34,397 bases of DNA from an uncultured Nitrospinaceae bacterium (GCA_964412825.1 CAYPQH010000005.1:1-34397), one strand, 5' to 3'. Shown: positions 9,487 through 19,208, counted from the stretch's first letter. The notes: generated by a model not told the origin, from the letters alone. Made by a program: numbers and translations.

Positions 9487-10224
9487 ATGTTGAAAGTTTG
9501 CTTCACCGTCGATGTGGAACCGGACTGCTTGCCCTATATGAACACGTTCCGGGGAATGGAGGAAGGAACCGACTCGCTTCTTCAGGTTTTGGATGAAGAG
9601 AATGTTCCCGCCACTTTTTTCACCACCGGGCAGATCGCGGAAATGTTCCCTGAAAAGGTGGAAAAAATTGTTTCATCGGGGCATGAGCTGGGAAGCCATG
9701 GGTTTTCTCATACGGATTTCACAACGCTCGATAAAACCAGTGCGGCGGAAGATATTGCGAAGTCTACCAAAACCCTTCGGCAATTTTCCCCGGTGACTTC
9801 CTTCAGGGCGCCTTATCTTAAATTCCCGGATGCCTATCTGGGATTACTCGAAAATGACGGTTTTCTTCTGGATTCTTCCCAGGCCAAATACAAACTTGCC
9901 TATTATCAAAAATCAATTTCCACTTCACTCAAGCGGATTCCCGTATCCATGAGTTCCTCGCACCTTCGCTTCCCTCAATGGATATGCAAGCCTTATCTGA
10001 ATTTTCTGTCGAGTCCCGTCGTGTTGTACGTCCATCCCTGGGAATTCGTCGATTTGAGGAATACAAAACTACGGTTTGACTGTAGATTTAAAACCGGGCA
10101 AATCGCCCTCGATTGCCTCCGTTCCGCTCTCAGGCATTTTAAACAAAAAAATGCTCAATTTCTGAAAATGAAAGATGTGGATTCCGACAAAACCCAGACC
10201 GCCGGAGAAGAAAAATACTCTTAA
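9487..10224 (+). CDS. Polysaccharide deacetylase family protein (CE4/NodB-like)
   Basis: FTVDVE, ATFF, HELGSHGFSH, FRAPY and YVHPWE motifs. No signal peptide. Confidence 0.9.
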   Translation: MLKVCFTVDVEPDCLPYMNTFRGMEEGTDSLLQVLDEENVPATFFTTGQIAEMFPEKVEKIVSSGHELGSHGFSHTDFTTLDKTSAAEDIAKSTKTLRQFSPVTSFRAPYLKFPDAYLGLLENDGFLLDSSQAKYKLAYYQKSISTSLKRIPVSMSSSHLRFPQWICKPYLNFLSSPVVLYVHPWEFVDLRNTKLRFDCRFKTGQIALDCLRSALRHFKQKNAQFLKMKDVDSDKTQTAGEEKYS

Positions 10225-10258
10225 AAAAGCACCACTCTGAACAACTTCTACCCCATCC

Positions 10259-11263
10259 ATGACCTCGGCTTTACATTCTAAAAATAAAAGGTTGCTATAC
10301 ATCCTGGCCTGGACTGTAGCGTCGGTGTGCATATATTTCGCAGTCCAAAAACTTCAATGGAATTCCGTTTGGGAGGAATTAAAAAATGCCAGCGTTTTTT
10401 GGGTGTCTTTGGCGGTTGCCGGTAATTTTTGCATCCTGATTTTCGGGACCCTGCAATGGCTCAACTTTCTTCCCAAAAATTATCATGTGGGATTTCCGAG
10501 AATGCTGGAGGTCAACGCGCTTGTGGCCATGACGAGCAACACCGTGCCTTTTTTAGCCGGTCACGCGCTTGCGGTTGTTCTTCTGGCCAAGCGGGAAAAG
10601 GTGGGGCATGCCGTCGCTTTATCGGTGATCGCGTTGGACCAGTTAGCCGAGGGATTCGCCAAGCTCTCGCTTTTCCTTTTGGTCGCCGTTCTCACCCCGG
10701 TTCCCGACTGGATGCGGCAGGGTATTCTGCTCGCGTTGTCGGCCATTCTTTTACTTTTCGGGGTGCTATTTTTTTTCGCGTTTCGACATCGGCATTTTAA
10801 AGTTTTCATGGGAAAAAAGTCCCATCCCCGCTGGTATAAAGTCTGGCATTTTGTTTCCCGCTGGGCTCATCATCTGGAAGCTCTGAGAAGCGTCCGGATT
10901 TTTTCCGTGGGTATGGGAACGGCTCTGGCAATGAAAGGTGCTGAAGTTTTCGCGATATGGGCGATTCAAAAAAGCCTTGGCGTGGATTTGCCGCTATGGA
11001 CCATTTTTTTGGTCCTCGCCTCAGTAAGTCTGGTGACCATGGTTCCTGTGTCTCCCGGCAACCTGGGAGTTTACGAAGCTGCCGTTTTTTTTGTTTATCA
11101 ATACCTGGGGTTGCCCGCTGAACAAGCGTTGGGGTTGGCTATCCTGCAACACGTTTGCCTTCTGATCCCCAGTATCGGGACGGGATACCTCATCCTGATA
11201 TATCGAAATTTTTATCCCATTCGCCCCCATCAGGCCAAAGAAGAAATTTCACAGGCGGAATAA
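10259..11263 (+). CDS. UPF0104 / lysylphosphatidylglycerol-synthase TM-region (flippase-like) membrane protein
   Basis: About 8 TM segments, SNTVPFLAG and the VPVSPGNLGVYE signature. Confidence 0.85.
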   Translation: MTSALHSKNKRLLYILAWTVASVCIYFAVQKLQWNSVWEELKNASVFWVSLAVAGNFCILIFGTLQWLNFLPKNYHVGFPRMLEVNALVAMTSNTVPFLAGHALAVVLLAKREKVGHAVALSVIALDQLAEGFAKLSLFLLVAVLTPVPDWMRQGILLALSAILLLFGVLFFFAFRHRHFKVFMGKKSHPRWYKVWHFVSRWAHHLEALRSVRIFSVGMGTALAMKGAEVFAIWAIQKSLGVDLPLWTIFLVLASVSLVTMVPVSPGNLGVYEAAVFFVYQYLGLPAEQALGLAILQHVCLLIPSIGTGYLILIYRNFYPIRPHQAKEEISQAE

Positions 11264-11264
11264 T

Positions 11265-12410
11265 CTACCCGGTCGAATCACGTCTCATCCTTATCGCCTT
11301 TTGATACACTGCTTCGTGCAGTTTTATAACCTCTTTCCAGTCAAAAGGAGGCTCTGTCTCCCGATTGTTACGGGCGATGGATTCTCTAAGTTCAGGCTCT
11401 AGAATCAAACGAACCAGGTGGTCCTCCATTTCCTGATCGGTCTGCGCCAAAAACCCCTCCTTGCCAGACCGGATGAACCCTTTGACCCCCCCATGAATTT
11501 TCGCCACAACAGGCAACCCCGCGCAACGGGCCTCAAGAGCGGCAATACCGAAGGATTCCCATCGCGTGGGTTGAACATAAATATCCGTTCTGGAAAATAA
11601 TTTTCGTATCTCATCACGGCTACGGTATCCGGGAAGTTCTACAATATGTTCCAATCCTAAACGTTTGATCTGTTTTTCCAGGGCAGTCCGTTTGGGTCCT
11701 TCGCCAATGATCTTTACTTTTATGCGGATGTTTTCCGGCAGACGCTTAATGACATTTGGCAGTAATCCCACCAAAGCCTTGCCCCGTTTTTTGCGGAACA
11801 ATCGCATGACAGAAACAATCCACACTTCCTGCCGGTCTCTTTCAACGGGAGTCCCTTTCCATTCGCACACATTCAACGCATTGGGCAATACGATAGCAGT
11901 CTGATTTTTTACCAGGGAGGCAACGTCTCTAACGACCACCTCGCTCACACCGGAAAATAAAACCGGCCAACGGGACCATTTAAACACCCCGTCCAATAAA
12001 GCCAGCCCCCAACGATACGGACCTATGATGGAATCCCAGGTGATGACTGCGGGAATCCCAAGCTTCTGGCTCAAATAAAGGCTTCCATAGGAAGTGGGAG
12101 AAATAATATTGCAGTGGCAATGAACAATATCGAAGGCTTCTTTTTTTAATATGGATTCAATTTTTCTAAACGCGCTTCGAGTATAAACACAACGAGCATA
12201 GGGCAATAAGGGAACGTTTAATCGGTGGATGCGAAATTTTTCACCCTTCTCACTGCCCGGAATCGGGGTGATCACATGAACCTCGTGGCCCGCTTGAGAG
12301 AGTCGATCAGCTAAATCCTGCATGTGCATCTCTGTCCCGCCCATTTGCGGCAAAAACCAGTCGCAGATCAAGGCTATCTTAAGCTTATGGGAAAGAACCG
12401 AATCCGTCAT
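11265..12410 (-). CDS. Glycosyltransferase family 4, PIG-A/PimA-like
   Basis: N-terminal IALICDWFLPQMGGTEMHMQDLADRLSQAGHEVHVIT, RLFRKK, and the GT4 ExFGxxxxE motif (WESFGIAALEARCAGLPVV). Confidence 0.9.
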   Translation of the reverse strand: MTDSVLSHKLKIALICDWFLPQMGGTEMHMQDLADRLSQAGHEVHVITPIPGSEKGEKFRIHRLNVPLLPYARCVYTRSAFRKIESILKKEAFDIVHCHCNIISPTSYGSLYLSQKLGIPAVITWDSIIGPYRWGLALLDGVFKWSRWPVLFSGVSEVVVRDVASLVKNQTAIVLPNALNVCEWKGTPVERDRQEVWIVSVMRLFRKKRGKALVGLLPNVIKRLPENIRIKVKIIGEGPKRTALEKQIKRLGLEHIVELPGYRSRDEIRKLFSRTDIYVQPTRWESFGIAALEARCAGLPVVAKIHGGVKGFIRSGKEGFLAQTDQEMEDHLVRLILEPELRESIARNNRETEPPFDWKEVIKLHEAVYQKAIRMRRDSTG

Positions 12411-12692
12411 CGTCTTGAAATTTCATGTTCACGAAAGATAAAAGCCTCGTGACAAAGTTTTTAATAAACGTCCGTTTGGAAAGAACGGGCGGAACTCCCA
12501 CACCAAAACCCATCAAAGGGCCAGCCAAGCCCACGGGAATTAAACCGGGTACAACCTTGTACACGAACTGCTGTGGATGGTATTATGGGAATTGCTTTGA
12601 AATCAATGCAAATTTGGCAGGTCACTGAAATAGTTCCTAAATTTTTTCGACAAATCATTTTCTCTTTAAAATTACCTGAACAGGAGCCACAG

Positions 12693-13373
12693 TTGACAAT
12701 TCATCGGTATGGCATCTTCTTGGCCATTTCCATATTAACGATTTTTCCTGGTTTCTCCTTATTAACCGGTTCTTTGGCTCTCGCGACCCACTCAGAGCAA
12801 ATGGAAAGTATCGATGAAGGCCGTTGGGTATTCATAAATGGTGAAGGCGTCATCGACGCTCCTCTCAGCATTGTGGAGGATCATTTCAGGGATGTCCAAA
12901 AATCAGACTCCATGATTCCAGGGCTTAAAATAAAAAAAATATTAAAACAAATTTCCACTAGTGAACGCATCGATTACGATCATTATGGATTGCCCTGGCC
13001 TTTTAAAGATCGGTACACGATTTACCGTGCCAAGGCAAAATACGTCGCCGAACGAGAAATCCTCATAACTCTGAACTCTATCGATAACTACCCTTTCGAG
13101 GACAATAAAAAAGTTTCGGCCCGAATAAAAGAAAGCAGTTTTCTGTTAAAATCCCTGCCGGAAGATGAAACGAAAACCAGGGTCACTATAAAGTTGAAAC
13201 TGAACCCCGGCGGATTTTTGCCAATCTGGCTCATCAATTTAAACGCCAACAATTGGTCGAAAGATTTTTTTAGAAATTTACGGAAAAATATCAGAAAAGA
13301 AATGGCCCAACAAAAAATTTCTGAGACAAACTGGACCCGAAGCTTGAATACAAGCCCATCCTCCAGTTTTTAA
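12693..13373 (+). CDS. Exported START-domain lipid-binding protein
   Basis: START signatures LPWPFKDRY and LNPGGFLPIWLIN. The ORF opens at 12573, but an in-frame TTG at 12693 follows aggag (12682-12686) and gives a clean signal peptide ending ...SLALA. Confidence 0.75.
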   Translation: MTIHRYGIFLAISILTIFPGFSLLTGSLALATHSEQMESIDEGRWVFINGEGVIDAPLSIVEDHFRDVQKSDSMIPGLKIKKILKQISTSERIDYDHYGLPWPFKDRYTIYRAKAKYVAEREILITLNSIDNYPFEDNKKVSARIKESSFLLKSLPEDETKTRVTIKLKLNPGGFLPIWLINLNANNWSKDFFRNLRKNIRKEMAQQKISETNWTRSLNTSPSSSF

Positions 13374-13439
13374 GAACGTTTCCAGAAACGCATATTGCCC
13401 CTTCAGGCTTAACGATTTATTTGCAGGCAACCCATAGCA

Positions 13440-14501
13440 ATGGAAAATCCGGATTTCATTCATGTCACTTATCCCCAACCCCACCTTGGGCGCAGGAAGG
13501 AAATTTTAAAAAAGTATCCAGAGGTCAAAAAACTTTTCGGGCCCACTCCTTCGACGGCAATATGGACCCTTGGAATTGTAGTGTTGCAGTTTTCAATCGC
13601 CATTGCCTTACAGAATACCGCATGGTGGCTTGTTCTTCTGACGGCCTGGGGGATTGGCGCGTTTTGCGAGCACGCTTTATTCGTCATCATCCACGAATGT
13701 TCGCACAATCTGGCTTTCAAGCGCGTTTCCTGGAACAAGGCCCTTGGGGTCATCGCCAATATTCCGGGATTTTTTCCCGCCGCCATCGGCTTTCGCAATT
13801 ACCATTTACTGCATCATCGGGATCTTGCGGAACCCGGTTGGGACGCCGACATTCCAGGACCCAAGGAAGCTGACTGGGTGGGAAACAGCGCCTTCCGCAA
13901 AGCGCTCAGTTTATTTTTCTTCTTCGCGATTCAGGGAATCCTCCGACCCGCCCGTTTAAAAAAAATTAACCTGCTGGAATCCTGGGGACTGATCAACGGA
14001 ATTTCTTCCATAGGCGCAGGCCTATTGATCCTCTATCTGTTTGGAGCGTCGTCCTTCTGGTATCTGGTTCTATCCTGCATTTTTGCGATTGGCCTCCACC
14101 CTCTTGGCGGTCGGTGGATTCAGGAGCATTATCTTTTCAAACCGGGGCAGGAAACCTACTCTTACTATGGCCCCCTAAACAAATTGTGCTTTAACATGGG
14201 GTATCACAATGAGCATCACGACTTTATGGGAATCCCCTGGTCGCGGCTTCCCAAAGTACGGAAAATGGCCCCGGAATTTTATGACAACCTTTTTTATCAC
14301 ACCTCCTGGATCAAGGTTCTTGTCCAATTTATCTTTGATCCCAACTTTACCTTTTTCAGCCGCATCGTTCGCCCCGACCACGAAGAAAAGACCTCGAAAA
14401 AAATGACGACGCGGGAAACCGATGAAATCAGCGAGGGAGTCATGAATTCGGTTCGGGAAGACCCTGCAACAATACCTGTCAGCCCGGCCAATTCAGAATG
14501 A
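13440..14501 (+). CDS. Sphingolipid delta-4 desaturase / C4-hydroxylase (DEGS1/DES1-like)
   Basis: N-terminal Lipid_DES-type segment DFIHVTYPQPHLGRRKEILKKYPEVKKLFGP. His boxes HECSH, HLLHH and HNEHH. ETYSYYGPLNKLCFNMGYHNEHHDF...LPKVRKMAPEFYDNL closely follows the eukaryotic DES1 consensus. Confidence 0.88.
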   Translation: MENPDFIHVTYPQPHLGRRKEILKKYPEVKKLFGPTPSTAIWTLGIVVLQFSIAIALQNTAWWLVLLTAWGIGAFCEHALFVIIHECSHNLAFKRVSWNKALGVIANIPGFFPAAIGFRNYHLLHHRDLAEPGWDADIPGPKEADWVGNSAFRKALSLFFFFAIQGILRPARLKKINLLESWGLINGISSIGAGLLILYLFGASSFWYLVLSCIFAIGLHPLGGRWIQEHYLFKPGQETYSYYGPLNKLCFNMGYHNEHHDFMGIPWSRLPKVRKMAPEFYDNLFYHTSWIKVLVQFIFDPNFTFFSRIVRPDHEEKTSKKMTTRETDEISEGVMNSVREDPATIPVSPANSE

Positions 14502-15507
14502 TTTTTCCGGTGGACTCCCTCATCTCCAGAAACTCATGCGCCTCGGCGATCTGATCTGCCGGGAAGACTCCGCCCACCTTCGGACTCAGCTCTCCTTTTT
14601 CGGTCAAACCCACCACAGCTTGCATGCAACGTTGCAAAACTTCGGGCCGGCCTTCCGCGATACGAAGCATATTGACTCCGAGGACGCTTTTGGAATTGGA
14701 GATCAGCGCAAGGCTGTGAAAAATCCCAAACCCCAGCACGGTCCGCAAAATACGAGGGAAATTCAGGCGATGTCCCGTCATTCCCGCCACGCCGCAAACC
14801 ACGATCCTGCCGCCGGAACCTAAGAGGTTGTATCCTTTGCGGAAAGTTTTACCGCCGATAGAATCAAACACAACATCCAATCCCCGGTGGCCCGAGACTT
14901 TTTGGACCACCTTCGCAAAGTCTTCTTGCCGATAATTTATGCGATGATCGACGCCCAGACTTTTGAGGTAATCGAGTTTGGCTTCGGAACCTACGGTTGC
15001 AAAAACAACGCAACCCCGACGTTTGGCGATTTGCACAAGAGCCGTCCCGACTCCGCCCGCACCTGCCTGAATGAGAACGTGGTCTCCCGCCTTGAGGCGA
15101 ACCATTTCCTCCGCCGCGTACCAGGCCGTGCAATACTGGGTGGCGAGCGCCGCCGCGACACCGGCAGGCATCTCTTCGGGGATTTTCACGTTTGTGGTCC
15201 AATGGGCCACGATTGTGTCGGCGTACCCTCCAAATCGAGTGAACGCCAGCACCCGGTCGCCTGCATTCAATGCCTCAACCCCAGCCCCCACTCCTGCTAT
15301 CCGGCCCACCACCTCATAACCCAGAACGCAAGGTTTCCCGGGCGCATCGGGATAAAGCCCGCGCCGTGCCAGAACATCCGCGAAGTTTAGCCCGGAGGCT
15401 TCCACTGTGATCAAGACTTCGCCGTCACCTGGCACAGGGTCTTTTGCCTCGCGCATTTCAAACGCAGTTTTCGAGTCACCGTTACGAACCAGATAGATGG
15501 ATTTCAT
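14479..15507 (-). CDS. Medium-chain dehydrogenase/reductase (NADPH:quinone reductase / enoyl reductase, VAT-1-like)
   Basis: GLNFADVLARRGLYP, VLGYEVVG, VLIQAGAGGVG, GLDVVFDSIGG and a C-terminal STGKIIL. No Zn-ligand cysteine pattern. Confidence 0.9.
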   Translation of the reverse strand: MKSIYLVRNGDSKTAFEMREAKDPVPGDGEVLITVEASGLNFADVLARRGLYPDAPGKPCVLGYEVVGRIAGVGAGVEALNAGDRVLAFTRFGGYADTIVAHWTTNVKIPEEMPAGVAAALATQYCTAWYAAEEMVRLKAGDHVLIQAGAGGVGTALVQIAKRRGCVVFATVGSEAKLDYLKSLGVDHRINYRQEDFAKVVQKVSGHRGLDVVFDSIGGKTFRKGYNLLGSGGRIVVCGVAGMTGHRLNFPRILRTVLGFGIFHSLALISNSKSVLGVNMLRIAEGRPEVLQRCMQAVVGLTEKGELSPKVGGVFPADQIAEAHEFLEMRESTGKIILNWPG

Positions 15508-15598
15508 TTTTTTATGATATTGTAGCCGGAATTATTTTTAATGAATTTTTAATGCTAGGCATTTAAAGTGCGCGTTCACAACCTCTAAGGATTTCTGA

Positions 15599-16591
15599 AT
15601 GCCGGAAACAGATCAAGTTCAAGACCCTGCCATGCCAGCCGATTCAACACTATTCACCTTGTATGAGCAATGGTTGATCTGGTGGAAAAATCGCTCCCTA
15701 AAGCAAAAAATTTTACCGCTGGTTTTTTTGGCAGGTTTCTGGGGGCTCCACATAAGCATGGGCGGTTTTCGGACAGACCACCTCGTGGTCATTTTCCTTG
15801 CACTCGCTTATTATGGAGGACCTCGCACGCAAAACCTTTTCTGTTTCTTCCTCCCTTTTACTCTGTATCTGACCCTGTATGACAGTCAGGGCTATTACGC
15901 GGAATGGCTACGCGGGGATGTCCGGGTTGCGGAGCCTTATCAGTTCGACATGACGTTTTTTGGCATTGAAACTTCCGAGGGAAGGCTCCTGCCCAGCCAA
16001 TGGTTACAAAACCACACCTACCCGGCTTTGGATGTCATCACAGGCCTGTCCTATATAATTTTCATTCCCGTATTTTTGGCGGTGGGCCTTTATTTTCGGT
16101 TCGGATTGGCAAAAATGAAGAACAACCGCCTGAGTCCTGAACGCATCCGAATAAAGACCCATGCTTTAATGTGGGGCATGTTCTGGTTGAACATCATCTG
16201 CTGTTCCACTTATTACTGGTATCCCGCCGCCCCGCCCTGGTATGTGGATATTTATGGTTTGGGTCCCGCGCAATTGGACGCGGCCCCCAGCGCGGCGGGG
16301 GCCCTGAGATTTGACGCTATTTTAGGCGTTAATTTATTTGCCGATCTTTACGCGAAGTGCCCGAATATTTTTGGCGCCATACCCTCTCTCCACGTGGCCT
16401 TTCCTTTGCTCTCCGTGTACTTCGCTTTTAAGTTAACATCGCTTCGCGTTTTCTGTCTGGGTTTTTACCTGCTGATCTCCTTTTCCGCCGTTTATCTCAA
16501 CCATCACTACATATTAGATATTCTTTGGGGCTCTGCCTATGCCCTGCTTGTGGCGTGGGCGATGGACAGGTATTACTGTGTCCAGAAATGA
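15599..16591 (+). CDS. PAP2-superfamily Aur1/Ipt1-like inositol-phosphorylceramide synthase
   Basis: YPAAPPWY, AAGALRFD, FGAIPSLH and AVYLNHHYILD motifs (catalytic H, H, D) in a polytopic membrane protein. Confidence 0.85.
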   Translation: MPETDQVQDPAMPADSTLFTLYEQWLIWWKNRSLKQKILPLVFLAGFWGLHISMGGFRTDHLVVIFLALAYYGGPRTQNLFCFFLPFTLYLTLYDSQGYYAEWLRGDVRVAEPYQFDMTFFGIETSEGRLLPSQWLQNHTYPALDVITGLSYIIFIPVFLAVGLYFRFGLAKMKNNRLSPERIRIKTHALMWGMFWLNIICCSTYYWYPAAPPWYVDIYGLGPAQLDAAPSAAGALRFDAILGVNLFADLYAKCPNIFGAIPSLHVAFPLLSVYFAFKLTSLRVFCLGFYLLISFSAVYLNHHYILDILWGSAYALLVAWAMDRYYCVQK

Positions 16592-16775
16592 CCGCGCCCA
16601 CTGCAACCCTCCGGGGTTTCCGGTTTTTATGAACCCAAAAAATTGCATCACAAAACTTCATTGATGACAAGTAGTTACAACGCCTTTTATCAAGTGACTT
16701 TTTACCGGTGAATAGTATAATGGCCCCCTGCTGACACCAAGAACCCAATATTATTTCACTTGGAAGAAATTACCA

Positions 16776-17600
16776 TTGACTGCCATCTCCCCTAAAACAA
16801 TTGATCGCGTTCTGGTCGTCCTGCCCACTTACAACGAAGCCGATTCCTTGGTAAAAGTGATGGACGCGATACTAAAATTACCTGAGGATCTGGATATCCT
16901 CGTGGTGGATGATTCCTCGCCCGACGGCACCGCCGATCTGGTAAAAAATCATGCGGCTTTTGACAAACAGATTTTTCTGTTACTGCGGCCCAGCAAGCAG
17001 GGGCTTGCCACAGCTTACAAGGAAGGGTTCCAATGGGGGTTGAAGCAGGGATATGACGTGTGCATGGAAATGGACAGCGACCTTTCCCATGATCCTAAAG
17101 ATATTTCCCGTTTACGGCAAACCATCGTGGAGGGAGCCGACATCGCCATTGGCTCACGCTATTTAACTGGCATCAGCGTCATCAACTGGCCGCTCAGGCG
17201 ATTGATGGTCAGCATCGGTGCCGGAATCTATACGCGATGGATATCCGGCCTGCCGCTCACCGACCCCACAGGAGGGTTCAAAGCGATCCACCGAAATGTA
17301 ATCGAAAGCCTCGACTGGACAAAGATAAAAAGCGACGGCTATGGGTTTCAAATCGAAGTGAGCTTTTTTGCTCATAAAAAAGGCTTCATCCTGAAAGAGA
17401 TCCCCATCATATTTACCGAGCGACGCGATGGGGAATCCAAATTTTCTCTGTCGATCGCGGTCGAGGCTGCCATTCGAGTCCTGCAACTTGGAATATTCGA
17501 ACGCTTCCAAAAATCCAAAAAGGCTTCCCCAACTTCCTTCGCCAGAGACCTGTACGAAACCGGGAAAACCCAGCACCACGGTGAAGAGAAGACAGGCTGA
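16776..17600 (+). CDS. GT2 polyprenol-monophosphomannose synthase (Dpm1/Ppm1-like)
   Basis: PTYNE, VVDDSSPDGT, MDSDLSHDP, IGSRY, DPTGGFK, GYGFQIE and EIPIIFTERRDGESK. TTG start. Confidence 0.9.
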   Translation: MTAISPKTIDRVLVVLPTYNEADSLVKVMDAILKLPEDLDILVVDDSSPDGTADLVKNHAAFDKQIFLLLRPSKQGLATAYKEGFQWGLKQGYDVCMEMDSDLSHDPKDISRLRQTIVEGADIAIGSRYLTGISVINWPLRRLMVSIGAGIYTRWISGLPLTDPTGGFKAIHRNVIESLDWTKIKSDGYGFQIEVSFFAHKKGFILKEIPIIFTERRDGESKFSLSIAVEAAIRVLQLGIFERFQKSKKASPTSFARDLYETGKTQHHGEEKTG

Positions 17601-17672
17601 CCCCGCTACGCGGGGGAGAAAATTCCGTACGGATAAAAAATCCAGCGCTTGTGATATCCCTCCATTGCCTTC

Positions 17673-19208
17673 ATGCCTTGGGAAAGTAATGCAACAGAAC
17701 ACAGTCAACCTATGAATCCATCGCGTGCTAATACCGGGTCCCGCGACACACGGGCCAGCCATCAGAACCGCTGGTGGAATTCAAAAACCGTCCTCTTGGC
17801 TTTGGCCCTGCATGTATTTCTTTTTCTGGGCCTGTTCCAGTTGAGTTACCCGCCCGATGAGTGGAAACGTATCGAAACAGCCTATTTGGAACAATCCATT
17901 GGAGACGCGGCCAACCTCATCAAGCGGGAGCATGGGCTTTTCGGATTTGTGGTCTGGTACTACAACACCCACGGTGAAGCGGAGTTGTATTACCGTTATG
18001 CCAAACTGACTTTGTTCGGGGATGCCGAGCACTGGACAAAAAACACGAACCTGAAAATCGAAAATGAACGCCCCTGGCCTTATCGCGATATCCCCATCGA
18101 ATACCAACCTGGAGCTTTGCTGGCAATCTCACTGCCAGCATTATTTGCCGATGATTTCAAGGGATACCAATACTGGCTGGGCGGTTGGTTCGGATTCCTT
18201 CACCTGCTGAACCTTTTCATGGGCATCAAACTCATTACCGGTAGTTCTCCCACTGTTTCCCAGATGAACCGGTTGCTCTGGTGGTCTCTCGCGTTTTTAA
18301 TTTTTTTAGGCGGTTTGGTCACGTCCAGGTTCGACCACATCGTGGTGACCTTTGTTTTGCTCTCCACACTGTTATTCGGCCAAGCTTTGCAAAAGGAAGG
18401 AACACGATCGTTAATGGGTTTTGTACTTTTTGGTTTCGTCACGTCGATCGGAGTGTTGACCAAGATCGTTCCGGGCCTCGTCATGATTTCAGCCACGCTG
18501 ATGTTACTCGTCATGCAGAAAAAAACTCCACGCTGGGCGGCAGCTTGCGCCTCGGCAACAGGCCTGGGAGTGGGGCTCATTGTTCTCAATGCAGGGTTTT
18601 ATGCCCTCTTTGGCCCCGGCTATCTGGAAAGCTTTACTTATCATATGGACCGGGGAATTCAACTGGAGTCGGTTTATGCGGGGGTCCTGCTACTGGCCAG
18701 AATGGCGGGTCTGACTATCGTGACGTATGATTATTCCTTCGGGTCTTCAAATGTGATCTCAACTTTCACCAACGAGGTCAAGCTCATTTCCCCTTTTCTA
18801 TTTTTTGGAATCGTGGCTTTTCTCGGAATAAAAGTCTGGCGCGATCGCCAGCCGGAAAGCAAGGCTCCCGAACATTTTATTCACAGCCAGTTCATCATGA
18901 TGACCCTGATCCTGCTCTTTGCGTTCATGCTCACCAACAAGGTCTTTTCCCCGCAATACATGATATGGGTCGGACCGTTGATGGCCGTTCTGGTTGCCGT
19001 TCACCAAAACTTGTGGAAAATTGGCATTTTGTTATTGATCGCGACTGCGATGACCCAGATACTTTACCCTCAGCTGTATATTTTTCTGGAACACTTTCAT
19101 CCGGCTCTGGTCATTGTTTTGAACCTGCGCAATGCATTGCTCATCGTTATCCTGGTCCTGCTGATTCGGGAACTGCCAGGATTAATAGAGAAAAATCACT
19201 CCTCCTGA
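17673..19208 (+). CDS. GT87-like (GT-C fold) polyprenol-phosphate-sugar-dependent glycosyltransferase
   Basis: PYRDIPIEYQPGAL, SRFD, LTKIVP, YHMDRGIQLES and NKVFSPQYMIW motifs with many TM segments. The start may be the ATG at 17712. Confidence 0.75.
   Translation: MPWESNATEHSQPMNPSRANTGSRDTRASHQNRWWNSKTVLLALALHVFLFLGLFQLSYPPDEWKRIETAYLEQSIGDAANLIKREHGLFGFVVWYYNTHGEAELYYRYAKLTLFGDAEHWTKNTNLKIENERPWPYRDIPIEYQPGALLAISLPALFADDFKGYQYWLGGWFGFLHLLNLFMGIKLITGSSPTVSQMNRLLWWSLAFLIFLGGLVTSRFDHIVVTFVLLSTLLFGQALQKEGTRSLMGFVLFGFVTSIGVLTKIVPGLVMISATLMLLVMQKKTPRWAAACASATGLGVGLIVLNAGFYALFGPGYLESFTYHMDRGIQLESVYAGVLLLARMAGLTIVTYDYSFGSSNVISTFTNEVKLISPFLFFGIVAFLGIKVWRDRQPESKAPEHFIHSQFIMMTLILLFAFMLTNKVFSPQYMIWVGPLMAVLVAVHQNLWKIGILLLIATAMTQILYPQLYIFLEHFHPALVIVLNLRNALLIVILVLLIRELPGLIEKNHSS

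Noticed and set aside
12425-12658. Small ORFs (67 aa on +, 65 aa on -) between the GT4 and START genes
   Set aside because: No convincing RBS or motif. The region is most simply a divergent promoter spacer.
12573-12692. N-terminal 40 codons of the START ORF as given in the ORF track
   Set aside because: No clear RBS at 12573. The TTG at 12693 has an aggag RBS and yields a proper signal peptide.
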